DNA from: Macrostomum lignano
Taxonomy: Eukaryota
Assembly (NCBI GenBank): GCA_002269645.1
Contig: NIVC01000723.1
Location: forward strand, 124,001-188,000
Length of the DNA: 64,000 nt
Direction of reading: 5' to 3'
Shown here: positions 36,346 to 49,368 of the stretch, piece after piece
How the letters are laid out: each line of letters opens with the position of its first letter
Numbering within the stretch: position 1 is the stretch's first letter
Program-made: the position numbers and the translations under genes
The notes under the pieces: model-generated
Database searches by the model: none
What the model saw: the letters and a program-made list of their open reading frames with translations, nothing else
Told to the model about the DNA's origin: nothing

Positions 36346-36672
36346 ATGAAACCTGGCCTGCGCTGCGCACCTCTGCTGCTCTTGCTGCTCACTGTGCTCA
36401 GCCCCTCGGCCGACTGCTCGACTGTCCGCGCAGCCAACGCAACTTTGAGCGAGCAAGCGTTCAGCACGTGCAAGATAATCTGGCTGGAGAGCTACCAGTT
36501 CCTGCTCAGCTTGGAGCAGATGCAGATCGCGTCGCAAAAGACTCTGCTGCACCGGCGACTCTCAGCTGCCAGAGCTGCTAACCGAGCCATACAACTGCTG
36601 GCGCGGCTGCAGAAGGCCATTCAGGACCTGCAGCTGACCGACACCACAGTTAGTCAGTGCGGCGGGGTCTGA
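36346..36672 (+). CDS. Small predicted secreted protein of unknown family (108 aa; possibly spliced)
   Basis: GC-rich ORF in an AT-rich context; signal peptide MKPGLRCAPLLLLLLTVLSPSADC, N-glycosylation sequon NAT, amphipathic helical mature region. Confidence 0.6.
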   Translation: MKPGLRCAPLLLLLLTVLSPSADCSTVRAANATLSEQAFSTCKIIWLESYQFLLSLEQMQIASQKTLLHRRLSAARAANRAIQLLARLQKAIQDLQLTDTTVSQCGGV

Positions 36673-37059
36673 CTTCTGAGCAACCTGCAGTACAAGCTGA
36701 ACTGATGATATTGCTGCTGCACTCGCCCAAGTTGGCGCTATATTGAAATAGACGACTTAAATAGCGCCAAAAGCTCCAAGGTTTCGGCATAAATATCTTG
36801 ACTTCAAACCAACGCTTATTGTCTTGTGTTCGGGGAAGCCTTCATTATTTAATTGGTTCTCAGCTCTTTTAGTAGCTCATATTAGTATTGAAAGAAGGAT
36901 CTAACTCTTCAAAGCTAAGTCAATTTGTTAGAAACTTCCACTTCTCTTTGTAATACCATTGTGAGATAGGGGAACTTGTCTGTTTTTGGGGTCGTAAATT
37001 GACTATTTCTAACCATCTGGCCTCCTGAATGCTGATTTTGAAGTTTGCCTTATTCGCCT

Positions 37060-37690
37060 TGCTTTCAATCAAAGAATGCTATTAGAGATAAGGAGATTAG
37101 AGATTGAAGATAAGATAATGGAGAGTAGAAATTAAAAACTAGAGATTAGAGATTACAGATTGAAGATTATAAATTGGAGATTGGAGATTAGTGATTGGAG
37201 ACTGAAAATTTGAGATTTGAGATTTGAAATTAGAGCTTAAAGTTTGGGGTTTAGAGATTAGACCTTGCAGATTGGACATTAGAGATTGGAGATTGGAGAT
37301 CAGAGATAGGAGATTAGAGATTGCATATTGGAGAGTACAGATTGGAGAGTACACATTAGGGATTAGAGCTTAGAGATAGAAGATTAGGGATTAGAGCTTA
37401 GAGATAGAAGATTAGGGATTGAATATTAGAGATTAGAGCTTTGGAGATTAGAGATTATAGTTAGAAGATTAGATTTGTACATTGGAGAGTACATATTGGA
37501 GAGTAGAGATTCAGGATTAGAGATTAGAGATTGGAGATAGGAGATTAGATATATGAGATTTGAGATAGGAGATTAGAGATTGGATTAGAGATTAGAGTTT
37601 GTATATCGGAGAGTAGAGGTTGTAGAGTGGAGATTAGATGTCAGGGGATTGGAGATTAGAGATCGAATATTTGATATTACAGATTAGTCA
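37060..37690. repeat. Degenerate (GATTAGA/GATTGGA)n low-complexity repeat
   Basis: Heptamer periodicity visible in the sequence. Confidence 0.85.
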
Positions 37691-38657
37691 TACGCAAAAG
37701 TACTTTGTGTCCGTTTAATAAATTTGCTTTTTTCGACTCCTTTTGGAGAATTGATAGCCTAAAAAATGTAGAATAACCCAGGACGTCAGTGCATTGAAGA
37801 TGTGCGGCTGCTGATGATGTCCTACCGCAGATCCCGCTGTCCTAATAGAGCTTACCATGCCAGAATCAAAAAATGCATCTGCATATTGTAAAGTACGGCT
37901 TGTGGGCTTGCATGACAGACTGGATTCTGGGCCACGGCAGTTCAGATTGCAAGGCTTCCATGAGGCTCCTAGTCAACTGAATGCAGACTAACTGTAGATA
38001 TATATGAGAAGCAGCAGCTGTCAGATGCAGGACAAGTGAGTTATAAGCGACAAGGCTGTGAGCAAGGTATATTGAAGGCTTGCGACATCAATTTTAATCT
38101 TTCCATCGCTGTTTGCAAGCACGCTGGTTGGTCACGCAAAGATTGGGACACGGGAAGTCTGGGTTTCATTGGGGATCTGCCGGATGTTTTGAGAGTTTAG
38201 GGAGGATTTGCTAGTTGATCGCATCTGAAGTTAGACTATGGAATGTTGAGCATACTGAGTACTGAATTTCACTTGCTGACTATATATAGCTCGCATGTGC
38301 CGAACTCAAACGTACCAGTAGCAAAATTGAGATGATGCTGCATTGACGCACAGAATGACGGCTCAATTCAGTCGCTACAAACATGCACGCACGCGTCTGT
38401 ATCCTTGTTTAATAAAAATTAATATTTATGAAGTTCATCAATGCGTGCTTCTCTTGTTCTTCTGTGGTTCAGGAAAACTTTATTGACCCTGGCTATTGTG
38501 CATGTACATGTATTCTAGATCAAAAACAATTTTAAATGTATTTGGACACCTCAGTGAATATTTTAAGATACAGCCATCTCAAGGTCTCCGATGCACCTGT
38601 TGGCTGTCTCAGTGTTTGAGAATCTGAGAGAGCCACAGAGAGTTCTCAGGGAGTAGA

Positions 38658-41275
38658 CACATCAGGTGTAGCTTAACTCACATCAGGTATAGCTTAACTC
38701 GCATCAGGTGCAGTTTAACTCGAATCAGGTGTAGCTTAACTCACATCAGGTGTAGCTTAACTCACATCAGGTATAGTTTAACTCGCATCAGGTGCAGTTT
38801 AACTCGAATCAGGTGTAGCTTAACTCACATCAGGTGTAGCTTAACTCACATCAGGTGTAGTTTAACTCACATCAGGTGTAGCTTAACTCACATCAGGTAT
38901 AGTTTAACTCGCATCAGGTGCAGTTTAACTCGAATCAGGTGTAGCTTAACTCACATCAGGTGTAGCTTAACTCACATCAGGTATAGTTTAACTCGCATCA
39001 GGTGCAGTTTAACTCGAATCAGGTGTAGCTTAACTCACATCAGGTGTAGCTTAACTCACATCAGGTGCAGTTTAACTCACATCAGGTGTAGCTTAACTCA
39101 CATCAGGTGTAGCTTAACTCACATCAGGTGCAGTTTAACTCACATCAGGTGTAGCTTAACTCACATCAGGTGTAGCTTAACTCACATCAGGTGCAGTTTA
39201 ACTCACATCAGGTGTAGCTTAACTCACATCAGGTGTAGCTTAACTCACATCAGGTGTAGCTTAACTCACATCAGGTGCAGTTTAACTCACATCAGGTGTA
39301 GCTTAACTCACATCAGGTGTAGCTTAACTCACATCAGGTGCAGTTTAACTCACATCAGGTGTAGCTTAACTCACATCAGGTGTAGCTTAACTCACATCAG
39401 GTGTAGTTTAACTCACATCAGGTGCAGTTTAACTCACATCAGGTGTAGCTTAACTCACATCAGGTGTAGCTTAACTCACATCAGGTGCAGTTTAACTCAC
39501 ATCAGGTGTAGCTTAACTCACATCAGGTGTAGCTTAACTCACATCAGGTGCAGTTTAACTCACATCAGGTGTAGCTTAACTCACATCAGGTGTAGCTTAA
39601 CTCACATCAGGTGTAGCTTAACTCACATCAGGTGCAGTTTAACTCACATCAGGTGTAGCTTAACTCACATCAGGTGTAGCTTAACTCACATCAGGTGTAG
39701 CTTAACTCACATCAGGTGCAGTTTAACTCACATCAGGTGTAGCTTAACTCACATCAGGTGTAGCTTAACTCACATCAGGTGTAGCTTAACTCGCATCAGG
39801 TGCAGTTTAACTCACATCAGGTGTAGCTTAACTCACATCAGGTGTAGCTTAACTCACATCAGGTGTAGCTTAACTCACATCAGGTGTAGCTTAACTCACA
39901 TCAGGTGTAGCTTAACTCACATCAGGTGTAGTTTAACTCACATCAGGTGTAGCTTAACTCACATCAGGTGCAGTTTAACTCACATCAGGTGTAGCTTAAC
40001 TCACATCAGGTGTAGCTTAACTCACATCAGGTGTAGCTTAACTCACATCAGGTGCAGTTTAACTCACATCAGGTGTAGCTTAACTCACATCAGGTGCAGT
40101 TTAACTCACATCAGGTGTAGCTTAACTCGCATCAGGTGCAGTTTAACTCGAATCAGGTGTAGCTTAACTCACATCAGGTGTAGCTTAACTCACATCAGGT
40201 GCAGTTTAACTCACATCAGGTGTAGCTTAACTCACATCAGGTGTAGTTTAACTCACATCAGGTGTAGCTTAACTCACATCAGGTGTAGCTTAACTCACAT
40301 CAGGTGTAGCTTAACTCACATCAGGTGTAGCTTAACTCGCATCAGGTGTAGCTTAACTCACATCAGGTGTAGCTTAACTCACATCAGGTGTAGTTTAACT
40401 CACATCAGGTGTAGCTTAACTCACATCAGGTGTAGCTTAACTCACATCAGGTGCAGTTTAACTCACATCAGGTGTAGCTTAACTCACATCAGGTGCAGTT
40501 TAACTCACATCAGGTGTAGCTTAACTCACATCAGGTGTAGCTTAACTCACATCAGGTGTAGTTTAACTCACATCAGGTGTAGCTTAACTCACATCAGGTG
40601 CAGTTTAACTCACATCAGGTGTAGCTTAACTCACATCAGGTGCAGTTTAACTCACATCAGGTGTAGCTTAACTCACATCAGGTGCAGTTTAACTCACATC
40701 AGGTGTAGCTTAACTCACATCAGGTGTAGCTTAACTCACATCAGGTGTAGTTTAACTCACATCAGGTGTAGCTTAACTCACATCAGGTGCAGTTTAACTC
40801 ACATCAGGTGTAGCTTAACTCACATCAGGTGTAGCTTAACTCACATCAGGTGTAGCTTAACTCACATCAGGTGTAGCTTAACTCACATCAGGTGTAGCTT
40901 AACTCACATCAGGTGTAGCTTAACTCACATCAGGTGTAGCTTAACTCACATCAGGTGTAGCTTAACTCACATCAGGTGCAGCTTAACTCACATCAGGTGT
41001 AGTTTAACTCACATCAGGTGTAGCTTAACTCACATCAGGTGTAGCTTAACTCACATCAGGTGTAGCTTAACTCACATCAGGTGTAGCTTAACTCACATCA
41101 GGTGTAGCTTAACTCACATCAGGTGTAGTTTAACTCACATCAGGTGTAGCTTAACTCACATCAGGTGTAGCTTAACTCACATCAGGTGTAGCTTAACTCA
41201 CATCAGGTGTAGCTTAACTCACATCAGGTGTAGCTTAACTCGCATCAGGTGCAGTTTAACTCACATCAGGTGTAG
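38658..41275. repeat. 21-bp satellite (CACATCAGGTGTAGCTTAACT), ~125 copies
   Basis: Direct tandem array with tgcagttt/tgtagctt variants; stop-rich. Confidence 0.98.
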
Positions 41276-41294
41276 GACCTATAGATCAGCCAAT

Positions 41295-41680
41295 GACACG
41301 AACTGGACAGATGTCCCTCTGGTAGGACAAATGACACTGTGTAGATAAAGGAATGACAGGAACTGGACAGATGACCCTCTGGTTGGACAAATGGCACTAT
41401 GCAAATAAAGGAATGACACGAACTGGACAGATGACCCTCTGGTTGGACAAATGACACTGTGTAGATAAAGGAATGACAGGAACTGGACAGATGACCCTCT
41501 GGTTGGACAAATGGCACTATGTGGATAAAGGAATGACACGAACTGGACAGATGTCCCTCTGGTTGGACAAATGGCACTGTGCAAATAAAGGAATGACAGG
41601 AACTGGACAGATGACCCTCTGGTTGGACAAATGGCACTGTGCAAATAAAGGAATGACAGGAACTGGACAGATGTCCTGGT
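41295..41680. repeat. 60-bp minisatellite (~6.5 copies)
   Basis: Unit aactggacagatgaccctctggttggacaaatggcactgtgcaaataaaggaatgacagg. Confidence 0.92.
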
Positions 41681-41954
41681 CGAAGAAGTTATATTATAAA
41701 AATATTAAGTTCCAGTTCGATATGCAAGTAGTGGACATAGGACCCGAGAAAGGTGTAGGTATACGAGCATAAAGTAAAAAATGGAAGCTAAAGAACAATA
41801 TTAAAATTTATTAAATTTTGATATTAAACAATTTTACGACTGTATTTTTGTTTTAATACACCACTATTTAATGCACCATTGCTAACAGAATTTTACAAAA
41901 AAAAAATTTTTAAAGCATTAAAGTATTTTTACTACTTAACTACTGCAGTACGAA

Positions 41955-42066
41955 TAGTAAAATAAAACAAGATAAAATATAATAAAATATAATAAAATAT
42001 AATAAAGTACAATAAATTGTAGTAAAATACAATAAAATAAGATAAAATAAAATAAAATATAATAAA
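41955..42066. repeat. (AATAA/AATAT)n low-complexity tract
   Basis: Direct reading of the sequence. Confidence 0.85.
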
Positions 42067-43164
42067 AGAACACAAACTGCCAGTTAAAAGTCCGACCACG
42101 CGTTGGCGGCTCACCAAAAAAATCGCACGTGCATGCTGCCTCCTCGGGAAGGTTTTTCTCCTTTAGGTGACAGGCAAACCATGGCCGGCCACCAGCATTC
42201 TTTCCCGTTCGGCCAATATGTGCAAACAAAGTCGCCCTGCTCGCGCCTCTTTCCGGCCGGTTTCTCGCCTGTGACACTTGGCACTGCTGCTTGCAGATTG
42301 TTGGCAACCTAAATTGGGCAGAAGGTTTGACGGCTCTTTTATTTACTTTTCTGTGATTAATCTAATAATAATAATGAAAATTTTTTTAACATTCAAATCA
42401 CCTGGCCAGTCGACACTACAACTGTTTTTATAAGTACGTCGCTGCCCGCCATTCGGTAGCGGTCTGCATGCATTTGGCATGCATCACGTGTAATTTATCA
42501 TTTCTGATATTAGGGATAATAAAGATTAAAGACATTCTTTGTTGGTGTAGTGTAAATAATTTATATAACTAAATATACCGCATAAAACGATAAGAAATAT
42601 CCATAAATATCCCTCGCTTGTCGATTGCAAACCAGCTAGGTCACAATAATAAGAACGGAAGATATCGCTGAATCGCAGTGATAACTAAGTCTACCTCTAG
42701 GTCTACTGAAGTGAAACGAAGGCGCCGTTAGCAAGAGGATGGGAGAAATCAGCCGACACGCGCGTGATGCGTGAACAAGCATCCAGCCTTGGCAGCAACT
42801 CCCCAGATGCACAAGATCTGCATGCCTAAAAATAGTCCTGATGATCGGCGAGCAAGAAGCCCAGCCATGCGACCCTCGCGTGATGCATGCACAACCTCTG
42901 ACCGACACTGCCTATTGGGCCTCGAAATCCCACTCTCTCCCCATACTGCTCCTATTCCTCGTTGCTCGCGTACAGTGTGCTAGCTTATAAAATATACTGA
43001 TTGAAGAGGAAAGATCCTCGCCTGAAGTTTGAGAATGTGACTCTAGAGATCACACAGAGAAAGTTACCATCGAAGTCCATTGTTCGTTGTCTTCCTGAAC
43101 TGTTGGCAGAAGGAAACGATTATAATATGGGAAAAACCCGTATAAATTGTCGTTTCACTACATG

Positions 43165-43376
43165 TACCTCGGCGGTCTGATTCCCGGCATCCGCGATGAT
43201 TTGCAGCGTCGCCGCGGGCTTGCCTGGGCTGCCTTTCGTTCTGTGAGGGCAGTCCTGCAGTCCGAGGCCTTACCTGACCGCCAGAGGGCGGCGTTGTTCC
43301 GACGGTGATCGAAACGGTCCTGTTATACAACGCCGAGACCTGGACGCTGACGGAGTCGCTCGAGCAACAAGTTCAT
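43165..43376 (+). mobile_element. Non-LTR retrotransposon (RTE-like LINE) fragment, end of RT domain
   Basis: Translates as YLGGLIPGIRDDLQRRRGLAWAAFRSVRAVL...(frameshift)...VIETVLLYNAETWTLTESLEQQV; YLG and LLYxxETWTL are typical post-RT LINE motifs. Confidence 0.8.
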
Positions 43377-44099
43377 TCTCAGGGTGCTCAGCCCAGTCTA
43401 GAATCTAGTCTAGAAGTCATTGAGTTTAACCATCATCAGGTGCAGTTTAACATAACCAGGTGTGCAACTTTGCGATAATATCACCTGCTGATTTCATGCC
43501 TCTGAATATAATTACTTGATTATATGTAACTAGATTAATTTGGAGGATAGCTATTATCTCGGTAGCATGAACTGCTCACTCGATTACAAAATTACTGATA
43601 GCCAGTTCGATACATTCGTCACGCTTGTTGCAGCAAGGCGTTTGAAGCAAACCAGAAAGCGGCGGTACAAAAGCGTACTAATTTGCTTTTCGTTGAACGT
43701 CGGCTCTTTTATTCGTTTAATAGCACTAAATATTACTTATATACGGGCGTATTTAAAGTACACCGAATCACCTAAAGTAGATTGAGACATTTAAAACAGA
43801 CAGAGTCCTTTGAATTACACGCATATACATTTAAAGCAGACAGAAAAGTAAACTGGGCCGAGTCCGTAAAGTTGACCGAGACATTTAAAGTAGATAAAGT
43901 CATAGAGACATTTATCTAAAGTAGATCGAGTCCTTTAAATTACAGGGATACATTCAAAGCAGACAGACATTTAAAGTAGACATATTAAAACAGATCGACT
44001 CGTTAAAATCAAAAGCGAGCCAAGGAGAAATGTGGTACTCAAGCTAGGATGAGTCACCCGAATCCCGAATGGAGGTGACCTCACTAGCTATTCATCGGG

Positions 44100-45786
44100 T
44101 CACTCGGTACGGAACGAGTCGCCTCTGTCGCCGAACCTGTCGCTCCTGATTGGCTGTCGCCGGGTGCGCCGGTCGGGTGGCCCCAGCGCCGCCAGCCGCA
44201 CGAGTTCGGCGCCGCCAAGCCGCCGCCGCTGCAGCCTGCGGCAGACGATGCGCAGCAGAGCGCGCCGGAACGAGCGCAGAGCGAAGCAGTAGAGCAGGAA
44301 GTTCAAGCAGAAGCTGAGGCTCTGCATGCAGTTGGTGACAGCCTCGATGCGTCTGTACAGCCGGTTGCCTTCTAGGCTGAACGAAGCAACGTAGCTGGCG
44401 TTGTGCGAGTGCTCAGAACAGCTCAACAGCGAGTAGAGCTTCAGGGTCTCACTTGGAGCCACCAGAACGAGGAACATGACCACGATGCAGACGAGGGTGA
44501 TGGTTAGGGTTGTACTTTTGTCGCCTGAAAAGTGTCAGTGTGCGAGTAAGTTAAAAAAATGTGACCCACTGCGGGGTCTGCGGGGTAGGGAGGGAATGCG
44601 GCTCTGTGTGTAAAGCCTGCGGGGTAGGGAGGGAATGCGGCTCTGTGTGTACAGCCTGCGGGGTAGGGAGAGAATGCGACTCTGTGTGTACAGCCTGCGG
44701 GGTAGGGAGGGAATGCGGCACTGTGTGTACAGCCTGCGGGGTAGGGAGGGAATGCGGCACTGTGTGTGTACAGCCTGCGGGGTAGGGAGGGAATGCGGCT
44801 CTGTGTGTATATCCTGCGGGGTGGGGAGGGAATGCGGCTCTGTGTGTACATCCTGCGGGGTAGGGAGGGAATGAGGCCCTCTCTGTATACAGTCTGCTCC
44901 TCCCGGTAGGTCCGCTACTATAAGAGCAAGAATCGCGGCCAAAGTTGCCAGCCAATCAAAATCAGTCACGTGACCAGCAAACATCTCTAACCCCTCCGCG
45001 CAACTCACTGGAACTCTGCATCTGCGGCAGGCTTATCGCAGTGGACGAAGCCAAGCGTGCAGGAGGCATCATCTGCCGCCGCATGCCGAGGGCTCGCTTA
45101 ACGCTAATGAACAGCCGAGCGTTGCAGTACAGCAGCACCGCCAACGGCAGAAAGTTGCCAATTGCGGCCCAGAGCGCCCTGTAGGCCGTGTCAATCACGT
45201 GATTAACAATGGCCACTCGCTCAACGTAAAACAGCTTTGCGTGGCGCCCAGTGGAGTTTCCAGGGGGCTGCAGGCAGGCTACGGACTTGTTGCCCCACAG
45301 CAGCGGCAAATTGAACGCAGTTGAGAATGCAAACGCAGCCGCCACGGAAGCCTTGGTGCGGCGCAGGCTCAGGCGCCGTCTGGCTGCCAGCGGGTGGCAA
45401 ACGGCGACGTAGCGCTCGGTGGCCAGCACGACTGTGAGCAGCGTTGAGGTCATGATGAAGGTGCTGATCACCGCGGCGTTCGCCCTGCGATACAGGTGCG
45501 CCGGGCCGTTGCGACTCTCCGAGAGGTCTGGCGCGAAAGCGAACGGAAATGCGGTGATGCAGAAGAGCAGATCGCTGGTTGCCAAGGCGACCAGGCCGTT
45601 GTTGGCGCTGCGCTCGTGCGGACCGAGGGAACGGCGCATGGCTCGGTCGGTGAGCACCAGCAGGTTGAATGAGTTGCCCACGATGCCGCAGAGGCTGATG
45701 GGCAGCACGGCGAGCTCGCTGGCCGCGATCACCGGGTCGCCGTTGACTGCGTGCGGGTCCGGACAGCGGCTGGCGTTTGGCTGCAT
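44100..45786 (-). CDS. Rhodopsin-class peptide GPCR (FMRFamide/myosuppressin-receptor-like group), 2 exons, 400 aa
   Basis: Exons 45786-45009 and 44524-44100 (phase 1, GT-AG). Motifs: TM1 GIVGNSFNLLVL, TM2 LATSDLLFC, TM3 LATERYVAVCHPL, TM5 NFLPL, TM6 LVCIVVMFLVLVAPS, TM7 NFLLYC. Confidence 0.92.
44570..44880. repeat. 36-bp minisatellite in the GPCR intron
   Basis: Unit gcctgcggggtagggagggaatgcggctctgtgtgtaca (36-38 bp). Confidence 0.92.
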
Positions 45787-47269
45787 CGGACTGGCGGAGC
45801 TGAGGGATGTTGAATGGAGTCTGGGACGCCGCTGAGTAGATGAAGCTCAGTTTGAGTCTGGAAAGCAGCTGAGTAGATGAAGCTCAGTGTGAGTCTGGGG
45901 AGCAGCTGAGTAGATGAAGCTGAGTAGCCTGATATCCAGACGTCTTGCTCAGCTCACCACAGCCAATGGCGTGAGAGCAGACATGCGGAGGCATGTGAGG
46001 TGGCCTAGCTCAGTCTTGAGTATTTGGCGGCTCAATTAAAAAAATCCTTGCCTTCCCGGCTCTGTCTTCTCGGTGCCAAGTTGGTCCTGACGTGTGCGCC
46101 TCCCGAGTCTATTTTATGAAGTAGGAATTAAATGAGAAACAATGCTAAGAAGTGGCCACACCTTCAACTGGCAATTGGCTGCGTTGCTTTTTTGAGATTT
46201 TCAATCAATTGTCCCTCAGACTGTTGCTTCGAGCCACTACTTTTGCACTTTTAGCTGGGAACGGCGAGCCTGCAGCTCCGCTCCCAGTCAATTATTTTCT
46301 ACTACTCTCTGCAGATTAAAGTCGGCTTTTAGCCTTCCTCATGTCTTAGTGCTCCCAATTAGCCATTGCTTGACACCTGCGTCTACTCATGGACGGCTTA
46401 AACTAGAGATCTGGATTGGAAACAGGTGTAAAAAGACAAAACACACAGTCATTTTGAATATTTCTTCAGCTAAATCAAACTGTTTGAAGTATATTTCATT
46501 TTTGTAGTCTTACAGTATAGTTCGAGGTAGAAGATTGAAAATTTTCTAGGCAATCCCAAAATAATGTCAACTTTATTTTAGCGAGACAAAAGTCAGTTCT
46601 CTGATTGCAGCAGAAGAGGAATCTAAAATTCTTTTAAAGTTGTAGACAAATAAAAACATTCTTAATTTCTAGTGCTGGTTTCCTTCTGTTCTGTCTTTGT
46701 TTATCGGTTGATGGAGCCTCATAAAACAGTCCCAGATCGAAGTCACACAACTGGCGAATTCCGATTGTAGAGAATGACCTCGGATCATCCCTTAGATTTA
46801 TTGCTATATGCTGGTCCGCAGAAGTTTGCCTGGCAACAAGAAAAATCTTATTGAATTCCTATTCAGCTCTGATTGGGAAACAGAGCTGAGTTGAGACTGG
46901 CGGGGACTAAGTCAGGATTTACTGCATCAATGACAATCTGTGGCACCAACTCTGCTCCAAATTTTAATTTCACTTTTATATAAGACAGATAAACGAGTTC
47001 TGCGCAAATGTTTGCTAAATTTTTAGCTAGTAGTTTTAAAGCTTCTATTTGATTGAAACTATTTTTAGATAACTTACTGCATTCAAATTTCATCTCCATG
47101 CCTTAACTAAAGCATTGTTGGACTTCATGAGCGAGTCTGGAAGCAAATTTAAGCAACAATACGCTTTCATTGATTCAGTTCATCTGCGCGCTTGTGCTGC
47201 CGAGCGTCTGTGGCAGCACCGACTCGCATGTTTACTGAATCTTTTAAGTACGTGTTGTTGAGACTAAAA

Positions 47270-47410
47270 GGGAGAGGGGAAGATGATGGGGAGAAAGGAA
47301 AAGGGTAAGAGGGAGAGGGGGAGAGGGAGAGAGGGGAGAGGAGGAGAGAGGAGAGAGGAGAGAGGATGGAGAGGAGAGAGGATGGAGAGGAGAGAGGATG
47401 GAGAGAGACC
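47270..47410. repeat. GA-rich purine tract
   Basis: (GAGAG/GGAGA)n. Confidence 0.85.
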
Positions 47411-47681
47411 GAAATTCAGTCGAAGTAAGCCCATCATCGGCTAGTGCTCAGAATCCAGAAGCGGATGTTAGCTGAATCCGCTTTAAAAATGAAGCCAATT
47501 TTGAGATGCTGACAAAATTGATTTCTCAGAACAAAAGCTACACTAAACTGCAATAGAAAAGATGCTGTGCGCTTAAAACTGAGCAGGCTGCAGTCCACCC
47601 TACCACCCGTTCACGACACTGAGAGGGAGGCTTCAGGGCAAGCCTTGCTGCAATCCAGACTCTGGGTCAAGATCGCCATGG

Positions 47682-49077
47682 CTACAACGAGGAGCCACTC
47701 GCCGCCAGCAGCGCCAGCCGCTGTCGCAGCTGTTCCACCTCGCGCTCCGAGCGCGCCTCCGCCTCGCGCAATTCGCGCAACCGGCGCAGCTGAAGCGCGC
47801 GCGCTGCGGCCATGCTCGCCATTTCTAGCGCCGCTTCGGCGCGAGCCTGTCTGGACCAGAGCAGCCGCTGTTGCTGGCGGAGCGCCCCAGCAGCCCGCGC
47901 CGCTGCGAGCGCCGTGCGCCTATTCAGATCTTCGCGCGCTTCCAGCAGCGCCGAATCGAAGCGCGCCAACTGGTCGGCCGCGGCGCCAGCAGTGGCGCCT
48001 TCGATTTGCAAGAGGCGCTGGCGGCGGCGCAGCTGCTTTGCCTGGCTTTTGCGCAGCGCCTCGATGCGTAGTGCATCGCGCCTCGCGCCATATTTGGCGC
48101 GCAGCTCGGCCAGCTCGATGAGGTGGCGCTTGCGCAGCGCCCAGGCCTCCTGCCGCTGCTCCAGCAGCCGGTCAAAGCGCGCCGACTCTGCCGCCTCTCG
48201 AGCTTCGGCTTGGCGCCGCTCTGCAGCGCGCCGGGCAGCGCGCGTCGCCGCCTCGGTTGACAGCTGGCGCCGAAGCCGCTGCCGGGCCGCCGTTTTCGCC
48301 TCCTCGTCGGGGGCATTGTCGGTCTTGGCGACGCCGTTTCGCAGAGAATTGGGCCGACTTTTTTCTCTCTTTTTGTCGGAATCCGTCTGGGCTGCCGCTG
48401 CGGCGGTGGTGGCTTCGGCGACCTCCTGACAACCCCGCCGACTCAGCCGTCGCAGCTGGGCCGCCGCCTCCGCAGTCTGGCGCCGCGTCTGCTGCGCCTG
48501 GCGCCGTCGGAGGCGCTCTTCTCGTCGGCGCTGCTCCTGGCAGAGGCGCCTCTGGGCTTTCAGCTCCGCCAGGCTGAGGATTGGTTTGGAAGTTGGGATA
48601 AATATCCCAATAGATTGGGGGTCTGTTTGGGAGAATGAGTGGGACTTAGGGATAATTATCCTAATAAATGGAGATTGAAGAGATAATTATATAGAAGTGT
48701 CGCGTAAGGAATTAATGAATTAATTATTTTGAAAATTCATCGCGCACTTTTAAATTGGTACTTATAGTAGACCAATACGAAACCGCTATGGCAGCATAGA
48801 ATTTTCTGCTCAGCAATAAAACCCGGCTGGCTGTTTTACTTTGCCAGACGTGACGCAAATCTGCTTGGCGCCAAAAAAACTCAATTTCATTTCGTTTGGC
48901 GACATTGAAGAACATTGAAGACGGCGTTTCTAAGAAAGCAAGGGGATTTTGCTATATTTTTCCGATGTGACAGTCTGCGCAGTTGACAGCCGAACATGGG
49001 AATTCATTCCTTTGCTTCTGACAGCTGCTGGCTTTTTGATAGGAGTGCTGACGGTCCTCAGAATTTAGGAGACAGTC

Positions 49078-49124
<47 letters not shown>

Positions 49125-49201
49125 AAGACAGACAGAAAGACAGACAGACAGACAGACAGGCAGGCAGACAGGCAGACAGACAGACAGACAGACAGACAGA
49201 A

Positions 49202-49236
<35 letters not shown>

Positions 49237-49333
49237 TAGACAGACAGACAGACAGAAAGACAGACAGAAAGACAGACAGACAGACAGACAGGCAGGCAGA
49301 CAGGCAGACAGACAGACAGACAGACAGACAGAA

Positions 49334-49368
<35 letters not shown>

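Noticed and set aside
32387-41275. CRISPR-like appearance of the regular repeats
   Set aside because: There are no unique spacers; these are head-to-tail satellites in a spliced eukaryotic locus.
17078-45786. A dedicated 'convertase + neuropeptide + receptor' signalling cluster
   Set aside because: Tempting given furin plus three peptide GPCRs, but GPCR genes are abundant in such genomes and no real peptide precursor was found; proximity alone is not evidence.
47567-48577. Several plus-strand Ala/Arg/Ser-rich ORFs
   Set aside because: Antisense shadows of the GC-rich coiled-coil exon on the minus strand.
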